A stretch of 64,000 nt of DNA from Welwitschia mirabilis (taxonomy: Eukaryota): contig JBOZIK010000001.1 of the NCBI GenBank assembly GCA_051453625.1, forward strand, positions 49,647,691 to 49,711,690, in the 5' to 3' direction. Position 1 is the first letter of the stretch; every line of letters starts with the position of its first letter. Under the pieces are notes generated by a model. It was given only the letters and a program-made list of their open reading frames with translations, was not told where the DNA came from and ran no database searches. Position numbers and translations under genes: made by a program. Below are positions 1 to 13,900 of this stretch, one piece after another.

Positions 1-308
1 TTCCACATGATCATACACTCAAAAAGACGAAGGTGAATAAGTGAGATAAAAGACAGAAAAGAATACTTCCAAACAACCTAAGATTTAAAACACTATTAAA
101 AAAAATATAAGAAACTAAGGCATCTTCCTTTAAATAAAGTCTATAGACATGGGAATTTCTCAAGATTAGGTAAATCCAATCTTATCACCTGTACAATCCT
201 AAGTATAAAACAAATCATGATACTTTACCAAGTAATACACAAGTCAAGTTTAAAAGATAATTAGGTAATATCATGATATTTAACCAAAGCAATAGGCTAA
301 GAAAGAAC

Positions 309-1650
309 TTAGACAATAATAAGGAGGAAGTCCTCCATACTAAGGGGAACTTTCAAAATAAGTGATTCTATCATGTTCACAGTTGTATTCAAAGATCCCT
401 CATATAATTTCAACCATTGTCCATTAACATTCTGAATCTCTTTAGTTTCCAAATCTAAAATTTTAACTGAGCCATTAAAATGCACTTTTTTTATAAGATA
501 AAGACCTAACCATTTAAAGGTCAACTTGTTATTCAAAAGATGAACTCTAGTATTATACAATAACATAAGTTAACCAGGCTCAAAATTTTTATGAAAAATC
601 CTTTTATCATGTTTGAACTTTGCTTGGGCCTTATGAATTAATTAACAATGTATGACATAAGTTCTTTTTTCATCAAGATGATCTAATTAGACTAACCTAT
701 ACTTACGATTTTCATCCAAATCTACAAGATTTAGTTGATAAGATGTATGGTAAGAATTATAATACACATCAATCGGTAAGATACAAACTTTACCGTAAAT
801 AAGTTTATAAGGTGAGAAACTAAGAGAAGTACGCTAAGTAGTATGATATGCCCAAAGTACATTATTGAGTTTAGGAGCCTAAGACTTTTTATTATCAGAG
901 ACAAGTTTTTGAAGCATTTTTTTAATTTCTCTGTTAGCATTTTCATCTTGTCCATTCGTCTGGGGATGATAAGCATAAGCTATTCTATATTCAATATCAA
1001 TGGATAAAAAAAGTCTCTTAAAAAGTAAATTAATGAAATGAGTACCTTGATTACTAATGATAACTCTAGAAAAATCAAACTTCTAAAAGATATGAGATCT
1101 AAGAAAATGATAGATAGTTCAGGCATCATTCAAAGAAGTAGATATGGCTTCAACCCATTTAGTCACATAATCAATAGCCACTAAAATGTAATTTTTGTTG
1201 AAAAAAGATTTGTGAATATGATTCATAAAATCAATACCCCAACAATCAAAAGCTTTACACTCAAGAATGGGTCTAAGGAACATTTTCTATGAATGAACAA
1301 GGCTATCAAAATGCTGAAAAGGATTACACCTTCTAATAAAATCAAATAAATCATGAAAAAGAGAAGGAAGGATTTTCATGACACTTTTATATCCACTAAA
1401 ATATCCTCCAAAAATACCACCATGAGAAAGATGAAGAATCTTAGGTATTTTCCAATCGGGCATATATTTTCTCATAATCTAGTCTTTGCACCTATGGTAA
1501 AAATGTGGCTCGATACACTTATAGTTACCTATATGATGAAGAAAAGATTTACGTTGGTGATAGGTCTAATGTTGTGGTGTTTTCATGGTTACAAGATAGT
1601 TCATAATGTTGGCATACCATCGAGGAGGATGAAAAGAAGAGACAGCAAAA
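309..1650 (-). pseudogene. E1 integrase remnant
   Basis: Fragments 'LHLSHGGIFGGYF', 'PILECKAFDCWGID' (~1230-1285) and C-terminal 'KLTFKWLGLY...VNGQWLKLY'. Confidence 0.9.
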
Positions 1651-1655
1651 AGCTG

Positions 1656-2108
1656 CTAATCAAGAAATGAATCATCGATGAGAATGTCATCTAGAGGAGA
1701 AGGAAGTTGAGACAAATGATCAGCAACATAATTGTGCTTTCTTAATTTATCTATAATGGACAAATTGAATTCTTGCATAAGAAGGATACATCTATTCAAA
1801 TGAGCACTAGAATTTTTCTTGGTCATGAGGTAATAAATGACAGCATGGTCAGTATAAACATTTGTGTAAAAGCCTAAAAGATAGTGTCTAAGAGAATCAA
1901 GGCAAAAGATAATGGTAAGTATTTCTTTTTCTATAGTGGTAAAAATCATCTCAGCTTTAGATAATGATTTGCTATGATAAGATATAACTTTAAAATCCTT
2001 CTCATACTTTTGGCAAAGAACCCCATCCATGGCAAAATTATTAACATCACATATAAGCTCAAAGTTAAGTTTCCAATCAGGTCTTGTTACTATAGGAGCA
2101 TAAGACAA
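1656..2108 (-). pseudogene. E1 RNase H remnant
   Basis: ORF with 'FELICDVNNFAMDGVLCQ', 'TTIEKEIL', 'VYTDHAVI', 'NYVADHLS'. Confidence 0.93.
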
Positions 2109-2149
2109 TCTATGTTTAATCCTATTAAAAGTAAATTGACAAGATTCAT

Positions 2150-3530
2150 TCCATTCGAATTTGGAATCTTTCTCTAGTAATGAGTAAAGGGATTTACAAA
2201 TAGAAGCATAATCACAAATGAACCAATGGTAAAACTAAGGAAAGATCAAACCTATTTAATATTTATAGGGGGACTAAGATTTTGAATAATATCAAATTTA
2301 GAAGCATCCATCTTAATCCCCTTCCGAGAAATATGGTGACCTAAAACAATACTACTCTCCACAAGAAAATGACTCTTTTCTCAACTTAAGTGGAGGCCAT
2401 TAGAAATGCATCGATCTAAGACATTCTCTAAATGATCTAAGATTTTTCAAAAGTTTTAGCATAGATAGAGAAGTTTTCCATGAAAATCTCAATGAAAACC
2501 TCAAGCATATCAAAAAAGATACCCATCATAGCACGTTGACAAGTATTGGGAGCACTACAAATTCCAAAAGGCATGTATCTAAAGGAAAAGGTACCAAAAT
2601 GAGAAGTAAAGGCAGTTTTAGCTTGGTCCTCAATGGCAATGAAAATTTGATTGTAAATGCTATAACCATCAAGGAAATAGTAAAAAGCATAACCTTGAAT
2701 CCTATCAAGAATTTGATTGAGAAAAGGCAAAAGATAGTGGCCTTTTTTAATTACTTTATTTAGTTTTCAAAATTCTATGCACATACGTCATTTCCCATTC
2801 TTTTTAGGTCCTACTGTCAATGAGATAATCCACTCACTATTAGCAATGGAGTAAATGATTTCAACATCCATAAGTTTTATGATTTCATCTTTTACAATTT
2901 ACTTTAGGGCTAGATTAAGTCTACATTGGGGTTGCCTCATAGGTTTAGCATTTTCTTTGAGGTAGATTTTATATTGCATAATGGAAGTGGGGATGNNNNN
3001 NNNNNNNNNNNNNNNNNNNNNNNNNNNNNNNNNNNNNNNNNNNNNNNNNNNNNNNNNNNNNNNNNCGTCTAAAGGCAAAGGTGCCAAAAGGAGAAGTGAA
3101 AGTAGTTTTGTCTTGGTCTTCAAGGGCAATGCAAATTTGATTATAACTACTATAACCATCAAGAAAATAGTAAAATGCATGTCCTAAATCTTATCAAGAA
3201 TTTAATCGAGAAAAGGTAAAGGATAGTGGTCTTTTTTGGTTACTTTGTTTAGTTTTCGAAAATCTATGCACATATGTCATTTAGCATACTTTTTTGGTAC
3301 TACTGTCAAGGGGCTAATCCACTCACTATCAGTAATAGAGTATATGATTTCAGCATCCATAAGTTTTATGATTTCATCTTTTATGATTTTCTTCAAGGAT
3401 GGATTTAATCTATGTTGGGGTTGCCTCACAGGTTTGGAATTTTTTTTGAGGTAGATTTTATATTGCATAATGGAAGTGGGGATGGCTGACAAATCATTAT
3501 GAGACCAAGCAGACACATGAACCTTTGATT
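2150..3530 (-). pseudogene. E1 reverse transcriptase remnant, N-terminal part duplicated across a gap
   Basis: 'IIYSITDSEWISPLTVVPKK', 'FLDGYSIYNQIFIAIEDQAKTAFT', 'MPFGICSAPNT', degenerate 'FMENFS' (FMDDFS). Confidence 0.93.
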
Positions 3531-4073
3531 CTAAAAGAGAGATAAGATCAGTTTATTATTGAGGTAAAAGGTTTTTGTTGATAATTAATGGTTTATTCAA
3601 GTTTTTATTTAGAAAAATGTACTTCAGTCCACTATCTAAAGGTTTCAGGTTTAGGTTTAGTTTCAGACTTTTGGTTTCTAAAAAATTTTTAGAAAAGTTA
3701 GCTGTCATCTCAGACTGTCGTCTAAATGTCAATAATAGATGACCAATTTTAAAATAAGAATTTTCAAGGTTTTCAGTTTTTCCAACTTCAAAATAGTTTA
3801 CAGACTCAGACTTACTACTCCTTAGATTAGAAAATTTAGTTGGGAGATGGTGAAACTCAATTTGATCATTAAGCACATAAAGGTAATCTACATCCAATTT
3901 ATTATGAAACAAGATTGGCTTATGAAGCATGGACCATCTCTCCTCAAGTGGATGGTGTTGTAAAAATAGGATTAATTTTATTTCTTCCTCTAAACTTAAA
4001 TCGTTGCCTAAATCTCTTTTGGTTACATCAAGCACTCTTATTAAAAATTATTTGTTTCTAAAATGTACTTCAT

Positions 4074-4440
4074 TTATCTGGTTCTCGTATCTATTATGCA
4101 ATATGCTATTACATAGAAATCTCTACCTAGAAGTAGTGGACATCCAACATGATGCTTAACTTTTAAAACTACATCAATGGAGTAGAAATCTTTCTCTATT
4201 TGAATGACCACATCCTTGATCACACCTAATTGTTTCTTCATGGTTGTATCGACTAACTCCAAGATAATGCATGTAGGCTCTATTCTTTCTTTCAAACTAA
4301 GACATTGATAAATGTGCAAGGGCGTAATGTTGATACTAGTTCCTATATCAATTAAATCTTTCTTAAGTATATAATTTCCCTCTAAAGTAACACTCATGGT
4401 TACTGCCCCTGGATCTTTAAACTTTGGACTTTTTTTTATA
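4074..4440 (-). pseudogene. E1 aspartic protease remnant
   Basis: 'LIDIGTSINI' (DxGxSxN) and 'PLLLGRDF', preceded by KDPG-like codons. Confidence 0.88.
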
Positions 4441-5299
4441 CCAAGTTGCTAACAGATTGAACTAGAAAGACTTTACTAGGGATGGTTTATTTTTATTTTC
4501 TTCTTATTAGGTCTTTTTATAGCTTAAGGTATCTTGTATTTTCTTGTAAAAGTTTCCAAAAAGATAAGTTGATGCTTACTTTTTGCATTAAGGCTTTCAA
4601 ATGATCATCAAAGATGGGGTTTGTGTTAAGCCTATCAAGCCATGGGGTAGTAGGTTTCTTTTGTGAAGAATCTTTTTTTTGTTGCTAAGTGAGGAAGGGA
4701 AAAAATGGTTTCTTAAAATTTCTATGTCCTCTTCCTCATTAATCTTATTACTTTGGGAAGTTGAAGACTTATGTGTAGAGAGAGTTATGTTATTTTCACT
4801 TCTTATCACTACCTTACAATCTCTTCTTACTTCATTAGGGTTCAGTAAAGGTTGAGTGGTAAGAAACCCTTGTGGTATTTGATTGGCAAGCATGGTTTAT
4901 TATAAAATACTCACAAGATTTTTTATGTTGACATTTGTCTTCTCTTGAGTTTTTCTCAACTCTTTAATGGAATTCCTAAGAGGATCACTATGGTTTTGGG
5001 AGTTAGAAGGATTTGCTAAGTTGTTTGGGTTGTTGGATTAAAACTTTAAATGCTCAAATCTATTTCAGAAAGGTTAGAAGTTAGGATGATGTGCTCGAAA
5101 ATTTTTATGGTTTGGTTGCTCACTCATCCTATGTTGAAAGTTGTGATTTTGTACTTGTTTTTGGTTATGGTTTTGTATCTAGTTGGAAGGTCTTTGATTA
5201 AAGGCAGAAAATTCCTCATATATTTTCTCTTTGTAGGTAGGAAGAAAAGGGAAATATTTTGTGATATGATAACTATCTTCATATAAATCACATGATAGA

Positions 5300-6384
5300 A
5301 TAATAACTTCACTCTTCTCGGTTGCTACTTTAGCATCAAGGATCATCTGGGTGTATTTCTCTAAAGTATAAGTGAAATTCTTAATGACACTAGTTGGTTT
5401 ATTTTCTATTTTAGTTTTATTTTTTTCATGTTTGACTTCTTTTAGATCCTTAATGATTTAGCCTGCTGTTCGGTTTTCTCTAAAGTAGGGTTTATGTTAG
5501 GTTTGACTTACTTCCACTAAATCTTTTAATACCGTTCAAGCATCTTCTAAGATTTGGTTTAATAGGTTGCCTTTAAAAGAAAATCTATGAGTTTCTTAGT
5601 ATAACTATTTAAGCCACTATAAAAATAGTCAACTAACTTTATCTTTGAAAAGGCATTTATGAGATTTGAATGTAAAGAAACAAAAAATCACTTGTAGGTA
5701 GAGGTATAGTCTTCGTTAGGTAACTGTTGGAAGTTGGTGACTTCTTTCTTATGTTTTCAGATGATGGTTTCACTCATGAATCTCTTTATGAAGGCTTCTT
5801 AGACTTGACTCTAATATTTTAAGCTTTTATATGGAATCGTTCTAAGCCAAAGTTTTTCTTTATCTCTCAAGGTGATGGGAAAGATAGTCATGTAAGTTCT
5901 ATCACTTATTCATTTTTTACTGTTTTTTAGAAGTAAGGACAAGTTGTTCAATGTTAGTGATGTATTATAAAGGATCTTCATCTGGTTCTCCACTAAAAGT
6001 AGGATAAGCATACAAGTTTCAAAGTTCTACATCATCACTGGGAGCTAAGTCGAAAGGAGTGTGGATTTCATTTTTTTTTTGGTTTGCTATAAGATCTCTC
6101 AGAGTAACATAAGTATTAGGTTGAGAAGAAGTATAAGTAGGCATTCCAATGATAAGAGGTGGATTTGGAGAGATAGGTTGTTTAAGCTTTTATTTTGAGG
6201 TCGACATGGTAGCAAAATCAGCCTCTGCAGAAATAAAAGTGAAAATTGTAGGAAATTCAAAATCTTGTGTACCTTCACTATTTTGACCTGTTTCTATTTC
6301 AAGGTTTATTAAACCTTTTCTGATGTTTTTAGAAATTAACAGTCGATCCCTTTGGTATTTTTCCTTTTTACCAGACTTAACCAT
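5300..6384 (-). pseudogene. E1 gag remnant
   Basis: Minus-strand translation near 5860-6020 gives 'PTFSGEPDEDP' and 'IFPITLRDKEKLW', typical retrotransposon gag; bounds approximate. Confidence 0.75.
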
Positions 6385-6831
6385 TCATACTTTGTCTCGG
6401 ATCTGCAAAAGTACCATCTCCTACATCGTCCGGACAATAATCTAGATGACAGAAACACAGAAATCACAAGAAAAGGAAAAGCAGAAGATAAAAACAAAAA
6501 ATTGAGTTTTTGATAGAAAAACTCAGAAAATAGATTATTATCCACTTGAATCATCTGGACGACAAAGAGGATGATGGAACTGAAACTCTAAAAATTTAAT
6601 AGAAAAACTAAAGCAGAAAACTTACGGCACAGAGGCCGTCGTCGCCTCGGTTATCTGGATGACAAAGTGGATGATGCACTTTTATTATAGAATAAAAAAA
6701 CAGACTTTGATCTGAAAAATAAAAAACTAAATCTACAAAAATGGGAAAACTACACTACTGCAGGTACTGTTNNNNNNNNNNAACTGAAATACTTACCGAA
6801 GCAACGACAACTCTCGAACTCCAAGCATCCT

Positions 6832-6849
6832 TTCCTAGCAACGATGCTA
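6832..6849 (-). other. E1 primer-binding site, tRNA-Asp type, degenerate
   Basis: Minus strand TAGCATCGTTGCTAGGAA vs Athila-type TGGCGCCGTTGCCGGGGA; all differences are G>A or C>T; 3 nt from the LTR end. Confidence 0.8.
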
Positions 6850-6852
6850 AGG

Positions 6853-7941
6853 TGTTGCAATGCATATTTATGCAATGTCTACATCCTGATTAGAATTTTA
6901 TTAACTACAAATAATATGCCCAAGCATAACACACTAATATAGATGGGAGTGGCCCAAATGTCATAATCCGTTAAAGGCCAAAATATGAAAATAAGAGAGT
7001 TCTTTTTAAGATTAAAAATACTGTAATCCTAACCTATAGAAATAACTTGCAATGCATGAAAATGAAATAAAATACTTTTGAAAGGCTAATATAAGAAAGG
7101 AAATAATAGTGCACCTAAACTAACTAAGCACAACCTCGACAAAGGTTGCTCTAATAAAGTATATCATAAGAGAAGCTGTCACCAAATTTCAAACAACATA
7201 AACTATGAGGGAGAAGATCATTCATACATTAAGCACACAAAGAAATGTTTTTATATCAAAAGTCATACCAAATCTGTATTATAAAGTAGCCATGCCTCAA
7301 TGGAGGAAATGCTACCCAATACCAAATATCTCTTTGAAATTACAAAATGGTTCTTTAGCCTCTCAATCTCCTGTCACGAGTATGTTAGGTGTAAATGAAG
7401 ATGATCAAGAGTCAAGGAAGAGACCTTTATCTATTGACTCAAAACATGAAATGAAATGAATAGAAAGGCACGAGAAAATCCTAACTTCCATGCATAAAGA
7501 AATCCGAATAAGGGGCAAAAGTTTAGATGAACATTCAGTGTGGACATTACAAAACAATATAATCCAGCTGATCATCTGAACGATAAAGGAGACGATGCAG
7601 AGTTAAATCCTCACTTGCTACCAGTCAGACTGCCATGCAGACATTAGTTAGCATTTAGTTCACATAGTCATTTATTTCATTGTCTGAATGATGAGGTGGA
7701 TGATGGCCTTTGCTAAATCTTTAATTAGTGCATCAGCTTAGTTGTTTATAGGAAGTTATCATCTGAAATAATGATTATTCATATTTGCTTAAAATGATTA
7801 TAATTTATTAAGGAAATTATATATTCCTATCCTTTTCATCCCATCTTTTCATTATTATGAAAACAAATCATTTTCCTATCCATTTACCTACAAAACAACT
7901 CAGAATACCCTATCAAATATACGTAATTTGGCTGTGCAACA
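6853..7941 (-). repeat. E1 5' LTR (~1.09 kb)
   Basis: Starts TGTTGCA, ends TGCAACA (perfect 7-bp inverted termini); similar to the LTRs of E3 and E4. Confidence 0.9.
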
Positions 7942-10900
7942 GTTAGTGATAGTTTTCTTGTCTGATTTAGGTTATACAAGAGTAATCTTCATAATAATTC
8001 AATTTGGTAATTGGATGGGTGTTCATCTAGAATAGATTGCATATGTATTTTCATAAGTATGTCTCATTGCATTGTTTTTTACGTTGTTCTTTAGATTCTA
8101 AAATAATTTAATATTTCTTTGGAAATCAATTCTCCTTATTTTTTCATGTGTCTTTAATGGATTTACGACATTTTTATCTTCCATCTATACTAATGTATTG
8201 TATTTGCAATATATCTATTTGTACTTGATAGGATTAAGTATGTAAAGGATTGCAAAATTACATACCACAACATCTTGATGCCCTTGTTGGAAAATGCCAC
8301 AAAGTGCTAGAGGATTGTCACTATATTAGATAAGTACCTTGTATTTTGATTCTAGTTATTTATTTGAAGTAGTACTATATTTTTATTATAGTTTAGCAAG
8401 TTTTTTTTTTATTTTTTCTTTTCATAGTATTAATAAGTACTATCATCTCCTCTGTCATTCCCACGATACTGAGGATGATAATTTAGATTTAATTTTTCTT
8501 AGGTATTTTTAGATTTTATATTTTTCTTTTTTAAGCATAACAATATGTCATCTTCATGGTTGTTTCCACCACACATAAGATGACAATGGCTGATTTTTTT
8601 TATAACTTGTTCTTTCTGTTCTTTTTGTTTTGCAATTTTTTAATCTCTAATCTCTGGTCATTCTGTTAGTCGTTCACATGATAGTTAAAGAAATAGCCAT
8701 TACACATCTTTTGAGTGTTAAGTATTTAAACAATTTTGATAAAAAAAATGAAACATTAAAGAAAAGTATAACTTTATCTTCACTGTGTATTTATCTTCCT
8801 TACCATCTTAAATTAGATTCTCTTGTTTCATTATTCTAAATTACTTTAATGGATAGTGATAAAAGAACCCTTGGGAAATTCTTTTTGAAAAGAGGAGAAA
8901 CTTGAAAAATTTTGAGGATAATGGTAAGAAAATCACTTTAAGAAATTTTTACAGAAATATGAAGAATAATACAAAATGATGTTGAGAGTAGGAATTAGTC
9001 TCCTTCCTCTTTTTAACTATTTTATTATTTCCCCTCTTCTTTTTAAACTTCATATAGAAATGACAATGAAGATTCTCCACATTTTAGGGATTTCGCCTCA
9101 TTTAGGAAAACTTTCTATAATCATGTTTATTAATTCCAATCATATCCTATGCATTACTATAAAGAAGACGATCCCTCTCCTATGAACTACTAGAAGGGAG
9201 AAAAATATTTATTAAAAGAAATAATTAAATAGCTAACGAAGAGCTAAGAAAGTATCAAAAAAAACTTAAAAAATTGNNNNNNNNNNNNNNNNNNNNNNNN
9301 NNNNNNNNNNNNNNNNNNNNNNNNNNNNNNNNNNNNNNNNNNNNNNNNNNNNNNNNNNNNNNNNNNNNNNNNNNNNGATCCCTCTCCTATGAACTACTAG
9401 AAGGGAGAAAAATATTTAATAAAAGAAATAATTAACTAGCTAAAGAAGAGCTAAGAAAGTATCAACAAAAACTTAAAAAATTGGATGAAGATCTTTCAAT
9501 AAATACTATTAGAAAATCAATATTTTTTTACAATACAACATGCTTAAACTTATCCTACTTCATCTGACCTCAAGGAAAATGAGTAGCACTTAGAAATAAA
9601 TGATAATAATTCTTACTTTCAAATACNNNNNNNNNNNNNNNNNNNNNNNNNNNNNNNNNNNNNNNNNNNNNNNNNNNNNNNNNNNNNNNNNAATAACTTA
9701 ACTTAATCTTTCAACAAATAAGGATGAGGATGATTATTCATTAGATGATGATATTGAGGTATTAGATTATATCCCTATGATTCATTTATGACTAGATAAT
9801 CTAGATGAGAAATCCATTCATGAAGAATCTGAAAACTTTATAATCCATGATGAAGAGAATGCTTACATCTATATTGATGAGATTTTTAATAAATTAAATA
9901 ACTAAGAGAATGAGAGCCATACTCCATAAGAAAAGGAAGATATAGTCACAAAAAATGATGATGAAACTAAAGAAACAACCTAAAGATAACAATGAAGAAA
10001 ATGACTGAGATGAAGGACCTATAGAGTTTCATTCAAACTTCATGGATAATAGACTTGTTCATTCTACCCATTCCTCTCTATCCTTTCCACTCATTTATTC
10101 ATGTAAAACTTCAAATTACATCCTTCTTCCACTTCTACTTTCACTTTCACATTACATTATGATTTTGATAATGATGACATTTCTCCTTTTTTTTCATTTG
10201 AACCTTATATCATTATCAAACCCATATTTCTTTCCTTGACCTTCATGAAACTAATAATTTTGAAGAGTCTATTTCTACTATCTCTCAATCTCTTTCTTTT
10301 AAAAGTCCATGTGATACTCAAAGTAACATCCTTTCATTTTCTACTAAATCCACTTTACCTTATGTTTTTAATGATTATTGTTTTTAAAAGTTTGACTTGA
10401 AATATCTTGAAATTTAAAATTGGGATGAATCTTATCTTCTTGATGATAATCCATGCTTAGAAATGAATCTTAAGGAGCTTATCTATTAATTAAACCTTAA
10501 ATATAATGGCAGCACTTGTTCTAAATTTTCATTCTGCCATTATCTAAATTCTTCCTTAGCTAATTATTTTGTTGAACATCATGCTATCACTTGAACATCT
10601 TTTACTTGGATAATGTTTTACTTTATGAAGTTATCATAACTAATAAATCTTTTACTTAGGAATTTCAAAGTGAGAAGATGGAATTCACCTAATCTTAAGA
10701 CATTCGCATGTCTATGAACTTCATTTCAAAGGAAGATGCCTTAGTTCTTTTGTTCTCTCTTAATGGTATGAGTCTTTAATTATTTGAGTGTTCTATTTTA
10801 TTTCTCATCTTATTACTTTAGCCTTATTCTTATGAGTACCCAGTCATGTAGAATTTATTTTTTCACTTCTAAGAGGAAAAAAAGAAAAAGGAAAATAGAA

Positions 10901-13900
10901 AAAAAAAGAAAAAAGAAAAAAAATAACCATAANNNNNNNNNNNNNNNNNNNNNNNNNNNNNNNNNNNNNNNNNNNNNNNNNNNNNNNNNNNNNNNNNNNN
11001 NNNNNNNNNNNNNNNNNNNNNNNNNNNNNNNNNNNNNNNNNNNNNNNNNNNNNNNNNNNNNNNNNNNNNNNNNNNNNNNNNNNNNNNNNNNNNNNNNNNN
11101 NNNNNNNNNNNNNNNNNNNNNNNNNNNNNNNNNNNNNNNNNNNNNNNNNNNNNNNNNNNNNNNNNNNNNNNNNNNNNNNNNNNNNNNNNNNNNNNNNNNN
11201 NNNNNNNNNNNNNNNNNNNNNNNNNNNNNNNNNNNNNNNNNNNNNNNNNNNNNNNNNNNNNNNNNNNNNNNNNNNNNNNNNNNNNNNNNNNNNNNNNNNN
11301 NNNNNNNNNNNNNNNNNNNNNNNNNNNNNNNNNNNNNNNNNNNNNNNNNNNNNNNNNNNNNNNNNNNNNNNNNNNNNNNNNNNNNNNNNNNNNNNNNNNN
11401 NNNNNNNNNNNNNNNNNNNNNNNNNNNNNNNNNNNNNNNNNNNNNNNNNNNNNNNNNNNNNNNNNNNNNNNNNNNNNNNNNNNNNNNNNNNNNNNNNNNN
11501 NNNNNNNNNNNNNNNNNNNNNNNNNNNNNNNNNNNNNNNNNNNNNNNNNNNNNNNNNNNNNNNNNNNNNNNNNNNNNNNNNNNNNNNNNNNNNNNNNNNN
11601 NNNNNNNNNNATTTTTGGATTCTGATTTTTTTTGAGGTATGAGTAGGTAAGTTTATTTTTGAGCATCTTTTAAACTTATCATCTATTGATTAATAACATT
11701 AGATATAATTAACATTATCATAGTCATTACCCATTTGAGTCGTACTTTTTAAATGTTTATTTATTTATTTATTTCACATTATGTCATGCATTATTAATTA
11801 GGTGATTTTATAGTTTCTACTAAGGGACTTTGCTAGGTTGAAATTTTGGATATGTAAATAATCTTCTTCATGTTTCTAGTTATCCATTTTCATTATGTTT
11901 TCTTAGTTGTTTTCTTTAGCATTTTCAAAATCATTTATGTATCTTTTTCCATATAATAATTAGGACTTGATCATTTGGTAGTTTTTTTATTGTCTTTTTG
12001 TTTTCACTCTTATTTTTTATTAAAAAGGATTGTTTTCCTTTTAGCACTTTCATTGATACATTCCTTTTACTTTGATTCATGTATTCCTTTCATTTTATGT
12101 TGATGTTTTTTTTCCCATTTATCGACTTTTAAGTTTGCATACATTTACTTACAAAATCTTAAATGCTTATTAAGTTTGGAATACATTTGAGGATTTTCTT
12201 TAGCATTGATTATATTTCTTTGGTTCTTTATCATGACTTGATCAGTTTTTATTGCCTTGAGCTTTTCATATTTTCACTTCTTTTACCATGATTTCTTGGA
12301 TGACGATTCTTATATTTTACCTATCTTTCAGAATTTATGATGACTTTTTAGAGATTCACTATTGCTATTTTTGATTATCCAATTCTACCTAAACTTTACT
12401 ATTTTTCCATATTATTCATTTTCTAAGTCTCATTCCACATTTATTGTCCAAATAACTAGATGGATAACAAATCTTCTCTTAGCTTATTGCAATATGGGAC
12501 ACACTAATTCTTCTATTTTAGGTTGGCTAGGTGTTGAGGGGAGGCAAGAACAATTTATGTAAAATCTTAAACATATTTAAGTAAAAATTTTATTTATGAG
12601 GGTCATTTTAAGATTTCATGATACATATATATGATGTGTTGGTTGATATATAATTTTATATTACTTGTATGATATGCATTATAAGCATTATTTAGTAGGC
12701 CATAACAACACAATTATAGAAATTTCTTGTAGATGTGATCCAGGATACTCAAGAAAGCATGAACAAAGAAAGTAATATTATGATTTTTTTCTTTTGAATT
12801 TTTCTCTTATAGATTATATTTAAAACTTACTAATGGATTTGTATGCATCATTTTAAGTTATCTCTTCTTAGTTTATATACATCGTTCTTAGTATCACTTG
12901 CATACACATCATCATTTTCTAAAGTTATCATTTTTGCATCTTATAACAATTATTGTGCATGATACTCAATTTTTATATTGCAATGTGTTAAATAGGTTAA
13001 TTAGGGGGGTAATGAAAATATCAATACTTTTTTTTTTTTTTATGATTATGTTTGCAGATATCTAACTTCCATTCTAATTTTTCAAGAGCTGTCATCCCAT
13101 TTTTGTCTAAACAACATATCTATTATGTATCTCATGGAGGTATTATATCACTTAATTAGTTTTTAATGTCAATATTTATGAACACAATTTACATTGTCCC
13201 TAATTACTAGTTATCTTGATCAAATTGGATTATAATATTATTGATTACTTACTTTATCAGGGATTGACAAGGCTAAGAAAGAGGCTATGATATGATGCCA
13301 ATTTGTTTTGAGTACTTGTATATGTTTAGATGTAATTCTGATGATTATGGAGAGTCAATGGGATGAGCATGGAAACACATAATTTTTGGCATGCATTTCA
13401 GGCATATTTCAATACTTAGTGCTTTAGAGGAAGAGTAATTACACAAAAGACTAATTTCTCTTAAGCTGAAAAGATAATAAAGATTGTCATTTTCACTATT
13501 CTCTCAATGATAGACAGAATGATAACACTTTAGTAGCTATTTGGGATGCTGATGTGGATTAGAGATAGAAGCTAATGAGTCCTTTTTTTCTAAAGAGGTA
13601 TCATCTCCAATGTCATTTCCATGACATGTAGGATGACAACACATTTGAAGCCATATACGAGGCTGATTGTGGAGCCAAAAGCTAATGACTCATCTATTAT
13701 TATAAGGCTTCATCCCTAGTGTTATCTCCATGATAGTTAGGATGATACTGAAGTAAAATAGGTAGCTGACTTTCATCTATTTCATTCATATCTTTCTTAG
13801 GATGAAGCATGTTTTTAGTGCAATTATTCACCTTAAGCATTGGTTAGGTTTTTCTTTTTGTATAAATAAATCTTTCCCATTCTCCTATCAATGTTTAATA

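Larger units (their letters stand above)
1..7941 (-). mobile_element. E1: decayed Ty3/gypsy (Athila-like, family A) LTR retrotransposon; 3' end lies before the window start
   Basis: Minus-strand order LTR (6853-7941), PBS, gag, PR, RT, RH, INT (gypsy order); many stops and frameshifts. Confidence 0.93.

Noticed and set aside
1353..2763. Plus-strand ORFs of 67-105 aa as antisense genes
   Set aside because: They are shadows of the minus-strand pol with no recognisable motifs
9170..9484. ~107-bp direct repeat
   Set aside because: Near-identical copies directly flank a 100-N gap; most likely an unmerged contig overlap
10784..11666. Long ORFs of 265-283 aa
   Set aside because: They are almost entirely N gap
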